A stretch of DNA of 32,000 nt from Chlamydiota bacterium (GTDB taxonomy: Bacteria; Auribacterota; JACPWU01). The position numbers and the translations under genes were made by a program. Of this stretch, positions 20,901 through 29,900 are shown piece by piece. The stretch's first letter is position 1; each line of letters starts with the position of its first letter. The stretch lies in NCBI GenBank assembly GCA_016196885.1, contig JACPWU010000003.1:30001-62000 (forward strand). Direction: 5' to 3'. The notes below the pieces were generated by a model. It was not told the origin of the DNA, ran no database searches, and was given only the letters and a program-made list of their open reading frames with translations.

Positions 20901-23900
20901 AATGGAAGAGGGAGGTCTGGTTGTTAATTTAGGGGCCTTTCTTTCTGCTAAGGGCGCAAAAGCAAATTTAAGGTCTTATTTTGAAAGACTGAAGGTGGAG
21001 CGTGAAAGAGATTTGTCTGGGCGCAGAGATTTGATTGCACTCCCTCAGCAAGTTTTGAAGGGAGACGGTAGACTTTTTGTTGATTATTCGAGCGGGATTC
21101 GAAAGGTGTTGGTCAGCCAAGAAAACGCAGGTTCTTTATGGAGATTGGCAGGGCAGATCAAGGGACATCCGCAAAGAGTCGTACCTTTGTTGGATCAATT
21201 GGAATCTCAGGCGGTGACAGCTGTTCTTTATGATAGAGAGGGTCAGCCCTTTTCGCTTTTGATCTATGTGCCTGGTTTTACAGATCAGGTCTACGACTGT
21301 CCCTTGATTCGGGACCGGACAAGATATGATGAACTTCTTTCGGTTTATCGTTCGCTCTCTTCTATTCCTTCAGTGGAAATGGTCAGGAGGAATGATGTTT
21401 CTGTAGAAGATGTGAAAGATCTTTTAGGGGACAGAGATCATGTTGAGTTTTTTGTGAGATGGGCTTCAAAGGCGGCAGAGAAGAAGCGTCCTTCTTTCTG
21501 GAATGTTTTGCGTGCTTTGGCATTGTGGATGACAAAGGGAGAGCGAGAACGATTTGATGAGATGCTGGAAAAATACTTTGGCACTTCCTGGTTGGGTCGG
21601 TTGATGGCAATGGGTTTTTGTCTCTTCATAGGGACTGCGTTCAGCGCCATCATCATTGGTTGTCTTGGTTCTCCGACGAAAGCTGATGCAGCTTATTTTG
21701 ATGTTTCGTCTCATGGGGGAACTCTTTCTGCTGAGGTTCAAAAAGCACCTTCTCAGAAAGGGGGAGACGTAGAAAGTGAGGGAGACATTCAGGCGGATAT
21801 CGAAAGATTAGAAAAGGGAATACAAGCTTTAAACGAGGAAAATGCTTCTGCGACCTCAGGCTCTGGCGCAAAAGAAGAGAAAGCACCTCCCGTAGAAGAA
21901 GTAAAAAAGACTGAAGGGGGAAAGAAGAAGGCCGAACCTGAATGGACGAAGAAAAAGAGAGAGGAGTATGAAAGAGATTTGGCAAAAGAGAGAGAGGCTT
22001 TTAAGAAAAAGGCAGGTGCACCTCATTCAGAAAATCTTACGCTTCAGCCTACAGAAAATCTTACTGACTTAAAAGGAAAAATACAGGCGATAGAAGAACA
22101 AAAAAGACTTGAAGAGTTAACCATTGATACCCTCGAATATTTAAGTGCCCAGCTTCGAGTGGAAACCCTGAATCAACAAGCCGCAAGTCTTGAGCAGGAA
22201 ATCGTGGCCTTAAAAGATCAGTTGAATCAGGAAGAAAAACTTTCTCCGACTGATAAAGAGAGTCTTCAGAAAAGACTTCATGGAAAAGAAGAAAAGTTTC
22301 AGACATGTCAACAGTCTCTTCAGGAATTAAACGCTGAGATAAATGCCATGAGGCATGATTCAAAAATCGAAGAGGGTTTTAAAGAAAAATCAGATGAAGA
22401 ATTGGAGAAAGCCATGAAAGGGCATCTTAAGGAATATTTTATTCTTCATGTCAGATTACAACGTTATCAAGCAATGATGCAAGATCTCTTGGGTACAAAA
22501 AAGAGAGATTCCGGTGTTCAAGCGCAATCCAGTTCCTCTGCCAAAGTTCAATTAATTCCTTCTTCTCAAGATTTAAAACCTGCTCAGGGTTCTTCCCCCC
22601 AGAGTTTGCGTGAGTCTATTAAATATTTTATTGAGAGAGGGGTGAAACATTTTGATGAGATGAGTCAGGATGATGATGCGCTGGCCCAGTATCTTTATGA
22701 TCAATATCGTTTGAAGGGCAGGGGTGAGTTAAAAGGAGAAGTTAGGATTGGGTGGCAGAATTATTATTCTTATGGGACTGCTGGATCTGATTCCTATGAA
22801 GCTCAATCGGAAGAGGATGTGGTGGCGACTTTGTTTTTCGACAAGACGATTGATAATGCAAAAAAAGAGCAAATGAAATCAGCCTTTTGGCGTTTAGAAG
22901 CTCAACATCGTATGCAGCTTCAGGGACAATATGACGCCTGGGCTGGGATTTATCAATTGACGGGAGAAGTGCTGAAGGCAAAAGCCAATATTGAAGTTCA
23001 GAAAAAATTTGAGACAGAGGCTAAATCTTTGGTGGATCAAATGCAGGAGCGTTTCTTGAAACCCCGCGAGATGGATGAGGCTCAAGGGGGGGACCCCAGG
23101 ATTTTTCAAACGCGATACTTGAATCGTTGGCATGAAGCTCAGGCCAGCCGTATTCAGGCTGAAGAAGCTTATGAGACAGCTTGCTTAAGACTAAAAGGGC
23201 TTTCCGGAATGGCTGTTGATGATGAGATTCAAATACCCGGCTCTTTGGAGGAGTGGAGTGTATTTGATATTGAATCTCTTTTTAAAGAGATTTCTGAGGA
23301 ATTAAAAAATGAGGGAGTGAATGCAAAGTTTATGGATCAAAGCGTTCAAATTAGCACTGCTTTGGTGAATGAGGCTGCCTTTTGGAAAAAGGAATTGGAC
23401 GAGAATGACGTTTCGCTTGAGATGAAATTGGGAGCAGGCTTACAGGGGCGATGGAACATGGATACTTCGGGTGGTTTTGAATGGCCGTTTAATCCCTTTG
23501 TTTCTGGAGAATTTGAGTTAAAAATTTCTCTCCTCGATTGTGTTGCAAAGGCTCAAGGAAGGGTGGGTGAAGTCATTAATCAAATGGCGGTTCTGAGGAT
23601 GGATGAGGCAAAAAAAGGTTTGTACTTTAAGTATTTAAATGCCCAGGCTGAGCTGGAGGCAGCCCAGAGAATTTTGAAGGTTTTAGAGAAGGTTTTAGAG
23701 GTTGAGTTGAAAGAAATGAGTGTGGAGCCTCCGGTGCTGCAAAGTGATTTGGAGCTTGAGTGGGACCGGATTGGCGTGAGTCGGAATTTGGAGATCGCTC
23801 GCAATGAGGCTTTGGCAAGAATTGCCAGTGCCCGACTCAAAATGACGGGGTACCGCGCTCAGATACCTCCTGAAGAGTTGAAAAAAGTAGACGCGCTCGT

Positions 23901-26900
23901 TGATTTTGATCAATTGTTCGGCCCTGATTTTGGGGCTTTGAATGTTTCAGCTTTTCTCAAAGCTTTGGCCACAGAATGGGTGGGTGGTGAGGTGACGGAT
24001 TTGACTTCTGTTCCGTGGGAAAAAATTTTCCCATCCGACATGGCTGAACGGATGAAAGGAATAAAGGATTATGATCATGATTTAAGAATAGACGCCAATC
24101 AAGATCTCCTGAAAAAAATCATAGAAAAAATGAATGAATTGATTCAACAGGAGGATTTTCTTTTTCGTCATCCCTCTATAGGTTCTTTAAGTTTCGATGG
24201 TTCTGCTATGCAATTTTTAAATATTCTGATTCAGGATGGAGTGCTGAATGCTCAGGACTACCATCCAAAACAAGATTTGACTCCAGAAGAAAAATTCCAA
24301 ATTTATACTTTGAATCGTTTGGTTTTAGAAGAGAAATATCCTGAAGTTTTTAAAGTTCAACTTTCTTTTCCTATCGCAGCCCAGAAGGCTGTTCAAGGTT
24401 CGGGCGCTTTAAGGGGACAAGAGTTGGAGGAACAAGCTCATACCGCACGAGGGAAAGTAGCTTTTAACAGTCGGATTCCGGTTGTTCAGGGAGGGCTGAA
24501 TGTCAATTTTAATCTGGGAACTTATGGGGATCCGATTGGATACCGTTTTGATCAGGGCCAACCGTTCATTGGGGACAATCCTCACGCCCATTTGACTTTG
24601 ACGGGGGGCACCTCTCTTTGGTTGGCGGCGACTGGACCTCTCCCTATCTTTGGAAAAACGTCCGAACAAAGGGCTCATGTGAAGGCTGAAAAGGGATGGA
24701 TTCAAGCGCGTGAAGAGGAAATTACAAATCAATTGATGGAGGGTTTGTATAACGTCTTTAAAAATGTAGCATTGGCTCAATCGGATCTTCAGAGACTTCA
24801 AAAAGAACTTGCAGAATTAAGGGCGTTTAAAGAATTGCTTGAGAGAAAACACACAGAGGTGCCTTTGACTGAAGAGCAATACCTTTCTCAAGCTCAAAAG
24901 GTTTGGCTCAGAATCATGGAAAAGAGAATTGAAATTAACCGCATGGAAAGCACCCTTGAAGGTTATCGGATAGATGTTTTGAGTCGAATGGGTGATGAAC
25001 ATTTAAAAGGTCAATTTCTAGATTGGCCGAAAGAGCCGTCTGAGCAGAGGGCCAGAATGATTCAGATGGGGAAAGAGGTTGCTTCTGGAATAATTCCTCA
25101 ATCTAATTTGAATTTGGAAACCGCACAGGTGAATGTAGCGAGAGAGGTTTTGGGCAATACCAGTGCTGCTCCTACAATCACTTGGACTGTCGGCGCAGCA
25201 GCAGGACCCTCTTTCCCTGAACTTTTCAGAGCTGAGGATCAAAATGAGGCCTGGAGGGTGCTTCCGTTTCTTGCGGGTTGGGTGGGTATTCATGGGACAT
25301 TGCCGCAGCCTGGCCTGAAAAAAGCTCAAGTGAATGCAGCACAACAAAAAGTTTTTGAGGAAGAGGGAGAACTGGAACGGTTAAAACAGGAACAAACAGC
25401 GGAGGAGCTTTTGGACTGGAGAGAGTATACCCGTTTAGAAGTTCAGGTAGATGAAATATCTGAATTGTTAGCGGAGGCAAAATCCCTCTATCAGGATATT
25501 CAGGAAGATTTAAAAATTCCGGGACAGTGGGGGAAGCAGTATCAGCCTGAGAACCTTTTGAGGGTGATGAATTTAATTTCGATGGTTGAAGAGGAATGGA
25601 CTCGTGTGGAGTGGTCCCTCAATGGTTTTAAGCATGTGAATTTAAGAAAGTTGGGTGTGGATGAAAGTAATTTCGAAGAGAGAAAAGCTCAAGCTCTTGC
25701 AAGGCTTGAAAAGGGTGAGGTGCCTCAGACAGGAGTTGCATCTAGTTCTTCGCAAAATCTTGCTCAGGCGCGGTCTCAAACGACTCTCAATCCTCAAGGC
25801 CCGCATTCTTTGATTCAAGTAGCCCAAAGAGCCATTCTCTACCACCCCAATGTGGAAAGCGCTTATTTAAAGGTTCAGGCGCTTGAGGCGAAGAAGAAAG
25901 AGGCTCAAGCCCATAAGTGGCCAGCAGTGACTTTATCTGGGGGTGCGAGGAGTGATTCTCCCAAGCTGGCGAATGAACGCTATCCCTCTATTTATAATAG
26001 CGGATATGCTGGATATGAGCCGGGGATTGAAGGACAAAAACCAGAATGGCCGCCAAAAGTTCAGGCGAGTGGTTCGGCGACAGGCAATGTTCGTTTTTGG
26101 GATGATTCAGAGGTCAGAGAAGTAGAGGCAGAATTAGGGGCGGCTCGAGCAGACTTAATGCAAGCTGTTTTAAATGCTTTTTATGAAAGCGTTCTTCTTT
26201 ACTATGATCTTGTTTTTGAAATGGAAAAAGCCAAAGCTTACTCCCAAGATTCAGAACATAAATATGCCTTGGCGCGGTCCATGTGGTTGAGAGAAAGACT
26301 TTTGTTGGCCTCCCAGATTGATACCCATGAAGTGGGTATTGAAGCCTTAACTTCTCTTTTAAGGCTTTCACCCTCCGGAATGGGGCAGGCTCAAAATCGT
26401 GCCAGAAGTTTGTTGATGATTGATTTTGATTTGGTCCCGTCAGAAGGCCTGCCTGATATTTCTTCTTTGGTGGCTCAAATGCATTCGGTTCTTTCTACGG
26501 GAACAGGCAGTACGGAAATTGAAAATCTTTTAAAAGAATTATGTGCTCGAGATCCAAAGTCGGTTATTTTTCAGGCCTTGGGAGAGAAGGAAAGAGCGGC
26601 CGGGCAGGCGGTTCGTCGCGATCGTCTGGGAACCTGGCAATTGGTTTTTGATTCCCCGGATTGGCGAAAAGGTCAGGTGGAAGCGATGCTGACGTGGACA
26701 AAAGTTTTTTTGGATGGCGGAAAGAAAGAATCAGCGATTCAGTTGCATAAAAGATTGGAAAAGAAGGCAAAAAGAGAGGCAAAAGAATATGAGAGACAAC
26801 AACTTCTCGATGTGGCGCAGGCTTTCAAGGAAGTTCTTTCTCAAGCAGGGCTTTTAGAGGTTGAGCTAGAAAAAATTAAAGTTTCTGAGAAGCAAGTTGA

Positions 26901-29900
26901 GCTTTTAATGGAGCGTTTAGATGTGCCTTCCAACGATCAAGCAAATCCTCATGATCTTAAAACACACGCGTCCGATGTGCAGGACTCTTTTAGCAAATTG
27001 CTTGAGGCCTGGACGATTTTAAGAGATGTTCAAGTGAGTTCTCAAACCGCCGTGGCTGAGATGGAAAGAAGGTTTTGGACACTCAAGAAAACCCTTGCCC
27101 TGGCCCAGGCCCATGGTTCTCCAGATCCTGAACGCAAGAGATATCTGGATGAGGTACAAGCCTTTCTCGATTCAACGCATGTGGCTGAAGTATCTGCAAC
27201 TGCGCCTGTACAGGTCGAGCCTGCGACAAAGCTTTCGACAGAATTAAGAGAGGGATTGAAAGCGCAAAAGGCTTTGGATAAAAAGTTAGAGGAAGGGACA
27301 GAGGAGCCGAGAGTTCCTGTCTCCAGACCCGTCGAGCTTCCCTCTCGTGTGGGAGTTCAAAGGAATCAAGTTCCTGCTTTTAAGAGTCTGGTTCCAGAAC
27401 CGCCTTTGGAATATCAAGCTCGTGACGAGACGTTGCCGGAAGCCAAAAAAGAGAACCATCGTGCAGAGCCAAAACCAGAGGAGCCTCCGAAACCCAATGT
27501 GGGAGAGGAGGAACATACGTTTTTGAATCCGGAGGGCTGGGTGTGGAGGTCTATGCGTTGGTGTAGGGGATGGAAAATAGGACGGTCTATTTTAAATTGG
27601 TTAGGAGAAGATGAGGTTGTAGCTACTTTGGAACGTCTTCATCTTCTTGAAAATGGACAACAATTGCTGCGTCGTCAAAGAGAAATTGAGGTGGATGATG
27701 CCAGTCGTATTAAAGAATTGAAAAAAAAGGGAACCCAGGCTCAGGAGAGAAAAGCAAGGGAAGAACTTCGTGAAATACGAACTCGACTTGAAGAAGAACG
27801 TGAACAGATTTTTGAAGAGCACTATGGGCTTTTTCTTCACACGGTGGATTACACTCAGGCTCATCATGACAAGCTCGAGGAGAGAACGAAAACAGAGCCC
27901 TATATTCTTTGGCGGTCTTTTATTGATCTTCCCATGTTTCCAACTTACCCGGATCCGATTGAGTTGAAAAATGTGCCCTGGATTGTTCAGAAGATGAGGA
28001 ATGCCATGTCTGCAGGTCATTTTTCAGGGATTGATCCTCGTATTATTACGGAAAACGGTTTGAAATGGGTTTTCAACACGTATGGTCAAATTCGGGGTCG
28101 ATCTCCCCAGGACATGAATGATTATTTTGATGCGTGGACTCTTTTGGGATCACATATAGATCAGAAATTGGCTTCTTTGAGAAAGGAGTTGGGTTTAGAA
28201 AATTCAGATGAAAGGGAATGGAATGATTGGCTGAATGGGACTTTTTTCCCGAATGGTTTTGCCTCGACTTTTTCGGGTTTACTCGGGATTGAGCGTTCTT
28301 CAGCTCTGACAGATCAGGAACTTGGAAATCCTCATGCAGGTATCAGGCGCTTGGGCTATTTCAGTGCGTTATCTTCTTTGGCTGTGAAGATGCGACACGA
28401 AAATCCAAAAGATTCCATGGAGACGATGATAGGAAAAATGGTTGCCCCCGGAGGCGATTTAGATCACTCGTTTGACTGGATGAAGACCCGGGCTCTTCAT
28501 TTTGGTCAGGGGACGCTTTCTCTTCAAAGCGACGAGAAATTTATCAAGGATGATCTTCATTATCAGGAAAGTATTTTTGTGGATGAATTCTCTCAATTGA
28601 AAGAACGAAAATTCGCCCAGGCGGTCATTGATCATACCGATGCGGCAAGAATTCTATATTCCGTGATGTATAGCTCTGACTTTGGAATTGTGGATAAGAA
28701 TGGGAGCGGTTTGGAACATGCAGACCTTGAGACTTTAAGACGTAAGCTCTCCATGTCAGATGACTATGAGAGTCAAAGCTTTGTTTTGTCTATTGCCAGC
28801 GTTGCCATGGCACATCATATTTCTCCTGAAAAAATGCTTGATTTAGCCGGTAAGGCCCGCCGTGTGATGGGACCCGAAATTGCAAATATTTATGCGTCTC
28901 GCCTGACGCGTGAGGCCTTTTTGACAGAACCTTATTTTGCTCAGGATGCTGGTAAATTAAGACATCTTGTTCGAGCTCAAAAATTTCATAAGGAGAAGGC
29001 TCAGGCTTTGCTTGCTCAAGGCGATACTGCAATGGCTGCAGAAAATGAGAAAATGGCCAAGGAATATCGAGAACGAGCACAGATAGAAGAGCAGGCTCTC
29101 AAGAAACGTTTGGTGCGTTCCCTTCTCATGTATTGGACAAACTGGGCTGTTGAATTTTTGCTCGAGCGTGAAAAAGATCCCAAGGTTGATCCCATTGAAG
29201 AGTTAAAGAAATTTTTTAGATTGTTACCCCAATATCAGGCAGTGATGAGCAATGATCCGATGGGGCTTTATCCCGATCGGTCTTTTGACATCATGAACCC
29301 CAGGGATTCTGGAGTTCTGGTTTATTGGACGAAAATAGGTGCCATTCGGGGAATGGAGGCCCAGGAGCTTCGAACCCTTCACCATCGCATGGTGTCCATT
29401 GGAAGCATGGATGTTTTTCGGCGTGTATTGAAGCTTTTTGACATTCATGCGGGTAACGAGTTAGATCCAGAAAATAGAGATCAGATGGGAGCGGCCATGA
29501 TGTATGCCGTTAGAGCAAATAAATGGAATTGGGGAGATTCAGACGTGATTCGCTACTTAGAAAATGTAGAGTGGATTTTGAAGAATCAAGAGATGAAGCT
29601 CACCATGATTGAACAGTGGTATTTGGGGGGGGAGGTAGAGAAGGCAGAACGAATGGCTGCCTTTTTTTGGAAGGACATGTCTTCGTTGGAAGAAGTTTTG
29701 ACCGCACGAGCTGGGCGACCCGATCAGGAGTGGCGTGTTTCAAATGATCAATTACGAATGCTTTGGACGGCGGGTCATGAAAAGGCTCAGGACATTGATC
29801 TCAAATATGGAAAAGACTATAAGAAGGCCTTGCTTTATTCAATGGTTAGTTTGGTGGATGAATTTATGGTCCGGTGGGGGGTTGATCAAGTTTCCTTGGT

